Positions 1 to 12,700 of a stretch of 64,000 nucleotides of DNA are shown here, piece by piece; the stretch's first letter is position 1; the number at the start of each line of letters is the position of its first letter. Made by a program: the position numbers and the translations under genes. Below the pieces are notes generated by a model. That model saw only the letters and a list, made by a program, of their open reading frames with translations, did not search any database and was not told where the DNA came from. Where the stretch lies: assembly GCF_028641065.1 (NCBI RefSeq), contig NC_073410.1, positions 1,364,001 through 1,428,000 on the forward strand, in the 5' to 3' direction. The DNA is from Leucoraja erinacea. Taxonomy: Eukaryota.

Positions 1-1957
1 GAAACTAGGAACTGAGCAAGGTGCAGCATAGGGAGATCAATGCTGGGAACTGGGCCAAAGTGGGCCCTTCTTTAAAAAAAAACAGTGCCCAGGCACAATG
101 GAACAAATAGACCTTTCTAGAACATAGAACATTTATCAGAGAAACAGTCCCTTTAGCTCAAGAGGTTTGTGCCGCCCATGGAGACAATTTAAACTGTACA
201 AGGCCTATATCATAAGTTATAGCTGCAGAATTAGGCCATTCAGCCCACCAAGTCTACACTGCCTGATCTATCTTCCCCTCTCAATCCCATTCTCCTGGGG
301 TTGGCGTATCCAATTGTAACTAAAGGCCTCCAGTCTTGCTTGCATCCAGGTGAATCCTCCCTGCACCATGCGTGGAGTTATATTGCAGACAGCAGGGCAG
401 CAAAGCTGAAGCTAATTACTTTCCCTTTTAACATTAAAAGTGGGAAGGAGATTGAATTGTGTACCAGTGCAAAAGTGCCCATCAGCATTGGAGGTGGATG
501 AAGAGGGGAAACAATATGTAAGGGGCATTTAAGGTGAGTGGGGCAAATGTGCAAGGAGTATCAGTGTGGAAATGATTATCATATTTCAGCTGGTATTGAA
601 AAAAGGACAAAATAGTAGTCTAAGGAAGTTCTAAATTGGGGCGAGGCCACTTTTATTTGGAATAGGAAGTTATTTAGAACAAGTGGAGCGGAACCTGTGA
701 CTTGGAGGTCAGCCTGTCTTGGAGGCCAGGGACATAATGAGGAAGAAATAAATTTAAAAGAATTGAGGATAAATGTTCCATCGCAACAAACAATGTTGGG
801 CTGCTAAATCTCGAACACCCCGGATGACAAGTGTCGGAGATGGAAAGATTGGCCAGGAAAGGAAAGTTTATGTCACATACTGAATGCACAATGCACGTCC
901 AAATGAGTTCTGAACTGTGGACAAAATTCATCGCTGAGTAAATGAACTACTCAGTGGAAAACAGGAGCTCAAATAACTGTGGTTAGTTTATTTTAAGCAA
1001 CTTTGTAGATAACGCAGTTGTGCAAAATGCACGTGGCCTGGATAAATTGTTTCACAAATACCACAAATGGGAGGTCATTCTGCAGAAAACCTGGATGAGT
1101 TTGGAGATGCAGGGATGAATTTTAAACCAAGATTATAAAACCAAACAATGGGCCTGAAAAAATACTTTCAATTTGACCCAGGTTGAAGAACAATGTCTTC
1201 TCAATAACCATCAGACTCTTGTACACCACACAACACCAACCTCAACTGTGAACCAGACATTTGGTTGCACAAAAGACTGTTTTTTGCACCAGTAATGCAC
1301 TGTTGGCATTATTAATTATAGATTTTTATTTATTATATATTATAGAAACATAGAAAAATAGGTGCTGGAGTAGGCCATTCGGCCCTTCGAACCAGCACTG
1401 CCATTCAATATGATCATGGCTGATCATCTAAAATAAGTACCCCGTTCCTGTTTTTTTCACAAGGAACTGCAGATGCTGGAATCCTGAGTAAAACACAAAG
1501 TGCTGGAGTAACTGGGAGAATCAGGCAGCATCTGTGGAGCATCGCCACTTTGTGTTTTGCAGATGTGATCGTACCCGGGAGAGAATTACTCCCAAAGGAA
1601 TCACTCAGAAAGAAATATACACCAGTTTACATCTGACTTACAATTCATCTGCTCCTCCAAAGCAGCCCCTAGTTTCACTTCTGTTTCCGGGATATATTTT
1701 TGCAACCATCACCTTATTTTGACAACAACATGTAGGAGGAACTAAAGAGCTTTGTTCCTTTTTAAATTCCCCGTGGATCCAATCGATTTGCACCAGAGGT
1801 TGCACAAAAGCATTACAACTGATGCATTTCCACATCATCAGGCAATTATTTTACATCCTATCCACCTCATTCCACAGAAAAGGCACCAGTTGTCACCTAC
1901 AGACATGATCCTGTCAGGCAGCCCTGGCCAGTTGAACCCTATGTTAGGTTTCAATTT

Positions 1958-2270
1958 TTAGAGATACAGCATGGAAACAGGCCCTTAAACCCACCAAGTC
2001 CACACTGACCATCACACTAGTTCTGTTATTCCACTCACTCATCCAGTCATTGCACACACACACACTAAGGGCAATTTACAGAGGACCAATTAACCGACGA
2101 ACCCGCACGTCTTTGGGATGCGAGAGGAAACCGGAGCACCCGGAGGAAACCCACGTGATCACAGTGAGAACGTGTGAACTTCACACAGACAGCACCCGAG
2201 GAGAGGACCGAACCAGGGTCTCTGGTACTGTGTGACAGGAACTCTACCAGCTGTGCTGATGTGTTGCCCG
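1958..2270 (-). mobile_element. HE1-like SINE
   Basis: Reverse-complement SINE consensus. Further copies at about 4786-5049, 25590-25875, 26995-27255, 38600-38840, 39350-39525, 49140-49400. Confidence 0.75.
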
Positions 2271-2474
2271 CACAGTGTTTGGAGTAGTGCTACACATTAT
2301 GTAGATCTAGAGCAGCAAGAACTCATTGAGAGTATTACAGATAGGCTCTACCTCAGCTTTCTGATCCTCTTATATTGTGTAGAGTGTCATAATCTTTCCC
2401 AATTTCATCAACTCCTTTTGAACAATGATTCATGTTTAATGCCTGATTGATGCATGGCCATTGCTAATAAAAAG

Positions 2475-2608
2475 NNNNNNNNNNNNNNNNNNNNNNNNNN
2501 NNNNNNNNNNNNNNNNNNNNNNNNNNNNNNNNNNNNNNNNNNNNNNNNNNNNNNNNNNNNNNNNNNNNNNNNNNNNNNNNNNNNNNNNNNNNNNNNNNNN
2601 NNNNNNNN
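2475..2608. other. Assembly gap
   Basis: Run of N. Confidence 1.
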
Positions 2609-3613
2609 AAATTACACCAAAACGATACACGATAACGCTAAAAATGTTTGCACCACCTTACTCACCATTCTCTCTAGAGACGCTGCCTGTCCCCACTGAG
2701 TTACTCCATTGTCCTGTGGTGGTCTGTTCAGATTGATGTTATATTTTACAAGTTATTCATAATTTTTAACTTTAGAAATTCAAGTTTAAGACAAATTTAG
2801 CAGCTAAAATCCTTGCTGGCCCAGCTTGCGACAAAGTTGCAATCGAGGGACACTCAGTCCTTTCAGCAACCTTTTAGCTGAACAGGAAGGGGCAATTGCA
2901 TTATTTTTTAAAGTCCTTGAAGCAAGAGGAGGTAAGAGGCGGTGGGTGAGGGGTAGGGGGTAGTGCTGGGGGGTATGCCCCTGCACAGTTGGGGGCTATG
3001 GGTGAGTGGTGGAATATGGGGAGACACAAAATGCTGGAGTAACTCAGTGGGGACAGGCAGCGTCTCTGGAGAGAAGGAATGGGTGACGTTTCGGGTCGAG
3101 ACCCTTCTTCACATTACGTGGGATGAAAGACCCCTTTGCAAACTGGACAAGGGTTTCGGCTTGAAACGTTGCCTATTCCCTTCGCTCCATAGATGCTGCT
3201 GCACCCGCTGAGTTTCTCCAGCATTTTTGTCCACCTTCGATTTTCCAGCATCTGCACAGTTCCTTCTTAAACACTAATAACTTGAGTCACCACCTGGAGC
3301 AGGGTGTGTCCATTCCCCCCCACAGATGCTGCCTGTCCCACTGAGTTACTCCAGCACTTTGTGTTTGGCTCCAGATTGCAGCATCTGCAGGGTGAGGTTG
3401 GCATTGTTGTGTGTGTGTGTGTGGGGCTTGTGACTGTGGCAGAGAAACACTGCTGGTTGCAGCCTCTAGTCTTGTCTAGTCTGTGGCCCGGGATTAGTTT
3501 CAATTCTCCGCCCGACCGAGTGCTGATTATCGCGGTCACTGTTTGCGGATCATCTGCTCCGTGCAGCGGAGAGGGGAGAGGAGAGGAGAGGAGAGGGGTG
3601 TTGTCCGGGTCCG

Positions 3614-3749
3614 ATGCAGCCGCCACCTCCCCACCCTCACCCCCACCCCGGCCCGGGAGCCGCCGGCCTGGCCCAGGCGTTGCGGAGCGGAGACACGCAT
3701 CAGTGCGGCCGCTGTCTACAGCGGGACCCCAGCCTGCTACATGCCCGAG
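3614..3749 (+). CDS. Ank-DHHC exon 1 (MQPPPPHPHPHPGPG...SLLHAR)
   Basis: ATG in a GC/CpG-rich region; donor G|GTAGGA in phase 1 joins exon 2 (G|GT TGG). Confidence 0.75.
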
Positions 3750-6700
3750 GTAGGACACGGGCACCCGGCCCCCCCCACACTGCCCACTCCCCTACACTCC
3801 CCCCCCCCCCCCTCCCACACACTCCTCCCCTACACTCCCCCCTACACCCCCCCACTCCCCCCTCCCTAAACTGCCCCCGCCCGAGTATCCCCTACACTCC
3901 CCCCCCTCCCATCCCTGTCCCCCGGGGGAACGCTACCGTGCCCAAATCCCCTCTTTCTCCCCCCCCCCCCCCCATCCCCATCCTCTCTCCCCCCCTACAC
4001 TATCCCCCCCCTTCCACTCTCCCCCACCATCCCCTCCACTCTCCCCCCCCCCCCATCCTCTCCACTCGCCCCCCACTCTCCACCCTCTCCTCTCTCCCCT
4101 ACACCATCCCCCACACTCACCTCTTCCCCCTCCCCCCACTCTCTCCTCCCCTCTCCACCTCTCCCCCCCCTACACTATCCCCCCGCACTGTCACCCCTCC
4201 CCCCCTGACTCTCCCCCCCTTCTCCCCCTCCCCTCCCCCCCCCTTCTCCCTCCACTCCTCCACTCTCTCCCCCCCCCCTCCCCCCCCCCCCCCCACTCTC
4301 TCCTCCCCCCACTCTCTCCCCCCACCCCCCTCCTCCCCGTTTCTGTCGTTCTATGGAAAGGGGACATTAGTTGCCATTGTTCTTCATCCGATGAGGAAGG
4401 CCAGATGTTGTACCCACCCAACAAGATAAGCTGTGTGTGGAAACAAGGAACTGCAGGTGCTGGTTTATACTGAAGATAAACACAAAAGTGCTGGAGTAAC
4501 TCAGCGGGTCAGGCAGCATCTCTGGTGAACATGGATAGATGATGTTTCGGATCGGGACTGAAGAAGGACCCTAACCTGAAACGTCACCTATCCATGTTCT
4601 CCACAGATGCTGCCTGACCCACTGAGTTACTCCAGCACTCTGTGTCCATCTGTCTCTAGCATATTGTTTCCACCTGATTGGCCTTTACCCGCCCCCATTT
4701 CTAGTTGGGGGACGTCAACAATCGATGAATTAGCTGACCTTGACTCTGCCCTTTGACCTCGCGCTCCTTGTAATTGGTTGGGGGTCAGTTTCAGTTTAGT
4801 GATACAGCACGGAAACAGACCCTTCGACCCACCGAGTCCGCACTGACCAGTGATTCCCCCACACTGATATTACCCTACACACACACTAGGGATAATTTTA
4901 CACCAAGCCAATTAACCTACAAACCTGCACGCCTTTGGAGTGTGGGAGGAATCTGAAGATCTTGGAGAAAACCCACGGGGAGAATGTACAAACTCCGTAC
5001 AGACGGCACCCGTTGTCAGGATGGAACCTGATCCTCTGGTGCTGTGAGGCCCAAGCCAGTTGGTCACTCACTCACTGTCGGAGCAGTGGCCAAGAGTTTG
5101 CTACTTCCCACTCTGTGCACTCATTGTTCTTTGTGTTGATATCCTCCTAAGGTTGGAATGGTTTCACACCGCTGCACCACGCTGCACTATGTGGCCACAT
5201 GGACTTGGCCTATCTACTGCTGGACCTTGGGGCAGACACCAACCTCCCGAATGATGCTGGAGAGACACCCTTTCACTTTGCCTGCAGGTGAGTCAGCAAA
5301 CTCCCAAATTGCTGTAGTGACTCAGCGAGTCAGGCAGCCTCACTCACTGGACCACATGGACAGGCGATGTTGACACGTGGACAGGCGATGTAGACACAGA
5401 ACTGCAGATGTTGTTTATACCAAAGATAGAGTGGACACGAAGTGCTGGAGTTGTTCAACTGGTCAGGCAGCATCTCTGGAGAACATGGATAGGTGACGTT
5501 TCACATAGTGCTGGAGTAACTCAGCGGGTCAGACAGCATCTGTGGAGAACATGGATAGGTAATGTTTTGGGTTAGGACCCTTTTGAAAGATCCCTTTTAA
5601 AAAAATGTCACCTATCCATGTTCTCCATAGATGCTGCCTGACCCGCTGAGTTACTCCAGCACTCTGTGGGCCTATCCCAAATCCCTCTGTTGTATCTGGG
5701 TTCACCACCACCTCGGGCACCCACCGCCCTCTGTATAAAAATAAAATCTTGCTCCATACATCTCTTTTAACTCTGCCCACTGACCTTAAAGCTACACCCC
5801 ATAGTTTAGTTTAGTCCAGAGATACAGTGTGGAAACATGCCCTTCGGTCCACCGAATCTGCGGCAGCCAGCCATCACCCCGTACACTGGGAACAATTTAT
5901 TTAAGAAGGAACTGCAGATGATGGAAAATCGAAGGTTACAAAAAAATGCTGGAAAAACTCAGCGGGTGCAGCAGCATCTATGGAGCGAAGGAAATAGGCA
6001 ACGTTTCGGGCCGAAATCCTTCTTCAGACTGAAGAAAGGTTTGGGCCCGAAACGTTGCCCATTTCCTTCGCTCCATAGATGCTGCTGCACCCGCTGAGTT
6101 TCTCCAGCTTTTTTATATACCCACTGGGAACAATTTACAATTTTATGGAGGCCAACTAACCTACCTGCACGTCTTTGGGATGTTGGTGGAAACCTGAGCA
6201 TCTGGAGGACACCCACGTGGTCACAGGAAGAAGGTACAAACTCCAAGTTGGACCGAAGGGTGTGTTCAAGAGTGAAGTCATGAGTTTAATTGTTATATAT
6301 ATGCACCAACAATGGAAGAATGAATTGTGAACAGGCCTGTAACACAACACGTACAGGTTATATGTAAGCAACAACATCCAATAAATTAATAACTCCAAAA
6401 CTACTGCAAAAAAACCAAAGTCCTTACCACAAACAAAGCCTGATTCTGTTCTGTACAACACTGTGATGTCGCCCTCTTCCCTCTCGAGCCCCACCCTTTC
6501 CCAGGGCCTGGCTTCCCACAGTAATCTTCCATAGCTTTTTTAGGAAGGAACTGGTTTACACTGTAGATGCAAAATGCTGGAGTGACTCAGCGGGACAGGC
6601 AGCATCTCTGGAGAGAAGGAATTGGTGACATTTCGGGTCTGAAGAAGGGTCTCTCCAGCATTTTGGGTCTTATCTGATTCTTTAGGAAGGTGTAGTGAAT

Positions 6701-9700
6701 CCCCCTCCCTCCCACACACTGGGAATGCCTCCCAACATCACCATTGATGAATCAACATGTTATTAATAGGCTTTAATTCTCTTTGTCCCAGCAGAAGCGG
6801 TCTATCTGCGCTGATCCCACATGTGTCTTCCATTATATGTGTGACTAACGCCAGTGTCTTTCCTTGTTTAACTACTCCAGACGTGGGGATGTCTACATAA
6901 TGGACCGGATGGTGAAGAATGGAGCAGATGTGATGTTGCTGGATCATCGAGGGAAGACAGCGCTGCATCAGGCAGTGTCTGGTGGCTGCATGTACGTGAG
7001 CATTGGGGCAGTGTGGTGTGGTTTGTGTGGTCTAACGTGGCTTGGTGCAACGACCCTTGGCAGCAAAACGCTCCATGACTCGGGCCAGCTTGTCATTCTG
7101 CTGCCTCTTATCTCCAGAGCCTCCATCCGCTACCTGGAGGAGATGGGTCACTTCAGCTTCCTCGACTCGGACAAGTTCCTGCAAACACCGCTGCACATCG
7201 CCACTTCCATCGGCAACGAGGATGTGGTGAAATATTTGTTGAGAGGAATGGTGAGTGACCTTTAGATAAGAAGAGGGTTCCTCGACACAGAAGCTAGAGG
7301 TCCAGAACGAAAGGTGGAGGTGCCTCTTGCTCCGACACTTGGTCCTGTACATGAGACGGAGAGAGAATGAAGAATCAAAGACACTGTACTAACACTATAC
7401 TCTGACTCACTTCAACTTGAAGAAGAGTCTTGACCAGAAACGTTGCCCATCCAAGCCCATCATTTTCTACAGATAGATATAGATATGCCATTTATTGTCA
7501 CTATACATGTACAGTGAAACTGAAAGCTGCTCGTACTCAGTGCATACATACAATTTAGCGCAAAAAAAAAAAGAAACAGAAAAAACAAAAAACAGAAGGG
7601 AGATGGGGGGGGGGGGGGGAATAGGTGCACAAATTCTGCGGCGCTATATACATATATACAGATGGAAGTCCGTGTTGGGCGGTGTAGTCAGTGCATGTGT
7701 GAATTTGAATTTATAGTAGTTATAATTCTCGGAAAGCAACTATTCCTGAGTCAGGTACATGGATAGGGAATGTTTGGAGGGATTTGGGCCAAACATGTGC
7801 TGGTGGGACGTGTAGATGGGGCATTTTGCTCGGCATGGGCATTAGGTCCAAGGGCATGTTTTGGTGCTTCATGGCTATGACTCCATCCATGTCCTCCAGA
7901 GATGCTGCCAGACCTGTGAGTTACTCAAGCACTTTGTAGTGTACGCAAGACTCCAGCATATGTAGTTTTTATTTGTGATAGGAGTAGAATTAGGCCATTC
8001 AGCCCATCAAATCTACTCTTCCCTTCTACCCCTATTCTCCTGCCTTCTCCCCATAACCCCTGACACACGTACTAATAAAGAATCTTTCTACCCATTGACG
8101 GCCTCCAATGAATTCCCCATATTCGCCACCCTCTGACTAAAGAAATTCCTCCTCATCTCCTACTTAAAAGAACAGCCTTTTATACTGAGGCTGTGACATC
8201 TAGTTCTAAGCTGTCCCACCAGTGGAAACATCTTCTTCACATTCACTCTATCCAGGTCCTTTTTGGTAAGTTTCAATGAGGACCCCCCCCCACCTCGTCC
8301 TTCTAAACTCCAGCGAGTGCAGGCCCAGCTCCGTCAAACGCTCATCATTAGTTGACCGACTCTTTAAGGGATAATTCTCGTAAACCTCCTGTGGACCCCC
8401 TCCAGAGCCAGCACATCCTTCCTCAGATATGAGGGGCAGAATTGCTCGCAATACTCCAAATGCACTCTGACCAGCGCCTGTGACCTGAAGCCTCAGCGTT
8501 ACATCCCCTGTGTTTTGTTTTCCAGTCCCCGTAATAAATGCTAGTATTGTTGCTTGTGTGGGCACGGCACCAACACTGTGTGTTTGTTTACAGAGGTGCA
8601 GTGCGGCTGAGATTGACACCTGGGGAATGACCCCCTTGCACGTAGCAGCTCACACTGGTTCGGTGGCCATCTGCTGGCTGCTGCTGGCCAAGACTGGGAC
8701 CTCCAACCTGCAGCTACAAAACAAAGATGGACTCACCCCCCTGGACTTGGCCAAGCGAGGGAAAACACACAGGTTCACCTGCAGTTTTGGTTTATATTAG
8801 TTATTTAATGTAGAACTTGAGGTTGCAATCCCTGTAGTAAGTTGGCCCTCTTGATATTGACGTGGTTAAAGGTAGGGTAGGTACGTCATCGAGGTCTTCA
8901 GGTGGACATCCTCCTTCTTTGACGTTTCATTGATAAGCCCACAGCGTCTACAGAGGGCTCAACGGTGATACCTGGCATCCCAGGTACACCCCCCTCAGTT
9001 CCACACCTTCCTTGCAACCCAATTCTTGCAACTCAATCTTGCAACCCAATTGTTGTCACTCCTTTGATCCAAAGCCAATTGCTGCTTTTGTTCTGCTGAA
9101 TTTGACAATGATTTGATTGCTTGTTTGAGGAAGTGACTCCTCACCCCCATTTCCTTCAATGGACTGGTCGTAGCTGTAGCAACAAATCCCCTGCACCCCA
9201 CTTCTACAGGGTCTTCCGCCCATTCTGGGCAGCTTCAGTTGTCAGTTCAGAGTACTTGGTCTTTTTCTCTCTCATAAGCTTCTTCAACACCATCTTCCCA
9301 TGGAAGTGTCACTTCCACAACCTATGCCAACTTGGCTGTTGTGGACCACAGGACCATGTTTGGCCGGAGTGTTATAGTCACAATGTCTGGGGGAAACACA
9401 AGGTTCTTTTAGAAAATAGGTGCAGGAGTAGGCCATTCGGCCCTTCGAGCCAGCACCACCATTCAACATGATCATGGCTGATCATCCCCAATCAGTACCA
9501 TGTTCCTGCTTTCTCCCCATAGTAAGTAAGTAAGTAAGTTTATTGGCCAAGTATTCACATACAAGGAATTTGCCTTGGTGCTCCGCCCACAATGATATGT
9601 AACACCATGACATACAGTGACAGTTACGAATGACTCAGAAAACACTAAACATTAATAATAATAAAACATTAATGATAAAACACCATTGATCAAGCATGTG

Positions 9701-12700
9701 AACCAACAAAATACCAGATCAAAGGGAGGCTACAGATTTTTGAATGAGTAGAGCAACTACTCGTGGATAAAAACTGTTTATGCCCTTGATTCCATTAGCT
9801 CTAAGAGCTAAATCTAACTCTCTCTTGAAAACATCCAGTGAATTGGCCTCCACTGCCTCCTGTGGCAGGGAATTCCACAGATTCACAACTCTCTGGGTGA
9901 AAACTTTTTCCAGGGGTGCATGGGGTGTGTCAGCTCCAATTCCTAGACTCATAGAAATGAGAAACTCCCTCACACTGTTATTGCTACTGTTCCATGGTTA
10001 TTATCTGCTTCTTACAGACACCAGGAAGTTGCAAAGACTTTGACTGAATATAATAAGAAAGGACAGAATGGGAAGCCCAAAGAGCCAACTGGTAATTGTT
10101 TTAAGTCTTTATCGACATGTTTGTTCTAAGTCTTTACTAAAAGATTCAATTGATAAATTGTTTTAGGACTTTAGTAACAGATGCATAAATGCTTTGTTTG
10201 TTGGAAGTTATCTGCTTTGTGAATTATGCTGGCCAGTAATAACAATTTCTGTGTATCTATTTTGTACGTAGTCATTGGTCGCTGCTGACCAGTAAGGCAG
10301 CGTTTCAAGTTGAAGGTGGACTCTGATTCTTATTCTCGTCACTTTCTTATTAGCCATTCAATCCACACCGTACATGAGGATGTCAGAGGTTTATGGGGAG
10401 ACGGGGTAGAGAGGGGAAGATAGATCAGCCATGAATGAAAGGCGGAGTAGACTTGATTGGACCGAATTACCTTATTCTGCACCAAGAACTAACGAAGTCT
10501 GATTTCAACCCAGCCTTACACAAGCACAACGTAGAGAAAAGAGGAAAAAAACAACCAAGTGAAGAATATAGTATTACAGTTGCTGAAAGTGCAGGAATAA
10601 AGTACAAAGGCTGCAATGAGTTGGGTTGGAAGGTCAGAACTACATCCTTAACTTGTGAGAGGTCCATTCAATTGTCTGAAAACAATGGGGAAGAGGTTGT
10701 TCCTCAATCTGGAGCTACGTGCCTTCAAGCTTTTGTACCGTTTGCCCAGCAATAGATGCGGGGAGGGAGTGACCAGGGTCTTCTTCTTGCGTAAGGGGTG
10801 CACAGCCTAAAGTTCTTAGATCTTATTTGATTGTGCATGCCGGGTTGATTGCATTTGTCGAAACAGGGCGGACCACGTGAAGGTTGCAATCTTCCCACCT
10901 CAGTGACCAGGATGAAAATGGTGCTTCATTACGTTGACTGCTCTCCAGAGACAGCATGGTGTAGATGGATGGAGTCAATGGGGAGGGGGGCTGGCTTGTG
11001 TGATGGGACTGTGTGCCTTCCACAACTATTCATCATAAATGCAAGAGTAACTACATAAGATATAATCTGAATCATTCTGGAACTTGTCTGGCCCTGAAAC
11101 ATCTTATACAAATGACTTGTGTGAGGAATCATAGAACATAGAACAGTACAGCACAAGAACAGGCCCTTCGGCCCACAATGCCTGTGCTATCATGATGCCA
11201 ACTATCATCTACTGCACATAATCCATAAAGGCTCTTTGTATTTTTAGGTCTGTACTATGGCACCTTGTTTTACCCAGCGATTCTGAGCTCGATCATTTTC
11301 GTTATCGCCAGCTACCTGGGGGAATATGGGGGTATTTTCAGCGTAGTTGCTTTTGCTGTTCTCATCAGGTTCACCTTCTTCCAATACCACCGGATCTCCC
11401 ATTACTCCAGGTAAGGTGATTCCCACCAGCGTCACTACTCTTCCCGCCTGCTATCACAGCCTTCCTCTGAGTAAAAGACTCCGTATATTCTGGTCTACAC
11501 AACACAGCGGGGAATCAAGAATTGGAGGGCAAACGTTTAAACTGAGAGGGGAAAGATTTGATAGGAACCTGAAGGGCAACATTTTCACTCAGAGGGTGGT
11601 AGGTGTATGGAACCAGCTGCTAGAGGAAGTAGTTGCGGCAGGGACTGTAATAATATTTAAAAGATAATTGGACAGGTACATGGATAGAAAAGGTTTAGAG
11701 TGATATGGGCCAAAAGGGCCAAATAGGACTAGCTGAGATGGGGTGTCTTGTGGGCATGGTTACGTTGGGTGAAGGGCCTGTTTTCATGCTGTACGACTAA
11801 ATAGGACTAGCTGAGATGGGACATCATGGACGAGATGGGCCGAAGGTTGTTCCTGATGTTGGGGAAGTCCAGAACAAGGGGTCACAGTTTCAGGATAAGG
11901 GGGAATTTTTTTAGGACCGAGATGAGGAAAACATTTTTCACACAGAGAGTGGTGAATCTGTGGAATTCTCTGCCACAGAAGGTAGTTGAGGTCAGTTCAT
12001 TGGCTATATTTAAGAGGGAGTTAGATGTGGCCCTTGTGGCTAAAGGGATCAGGGGGTATGGAGAGAAGGCAGGTACGGGATACTGAGTTGGATGATCAGC
12101 CATGATCATATTGAATGGCGGTGCTGGCTCGAAGGGCCAAATGGCCTACTCCTGCACCTAATTTCTATGTTTCTATGTCTATGTTTCCCTGCCATACGAC
12201 TCGATGACAAGTCAACGTTTGGAAACACTGAACAGACCATTGTGACGAATAATGCATGATTTCCTAATGAATCAACTCCATATGCCTCCGTGCTTCGAAG
12301 TGGGACCGCCCCGCGAGGCCATAAGCCTCAAGCAACCACGTTTGGTTGCGCTGGACGCATGCAATCGCATGCTGGTGGGACATGCCCTTAACACTCTGCT
12401 TTATCATCCCCACAGGTGGCCCAACCCAGTGTACCTTGGCACATTTGCTGCGGGAATCCTTCATTCTTTGTACTGTTTCTACAGCAAGATCCTACCCGAT
12501 ATCCTTTACCTGAATTGTTGCATTTAACAAACATTAAGATACTGATCCACAATAGTTAGAGGTGGACGATTATTCCCTACCAATATCCATGGCCCAAGGT
12601 ACCTCTGAGGTAGAGAATGCAAAAGAAAATATTCCTTTCTACGGAAGCTTTCACCTTCTTTACAATATATGCCAACATGCTCCAGAGCCATTATTATCAC

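Noticed and set aside
3750-4429. Proline-rich continuation of ORF 3614-4429
   Set aside because: C-rich intron 1 sequence after the donor at 3750.
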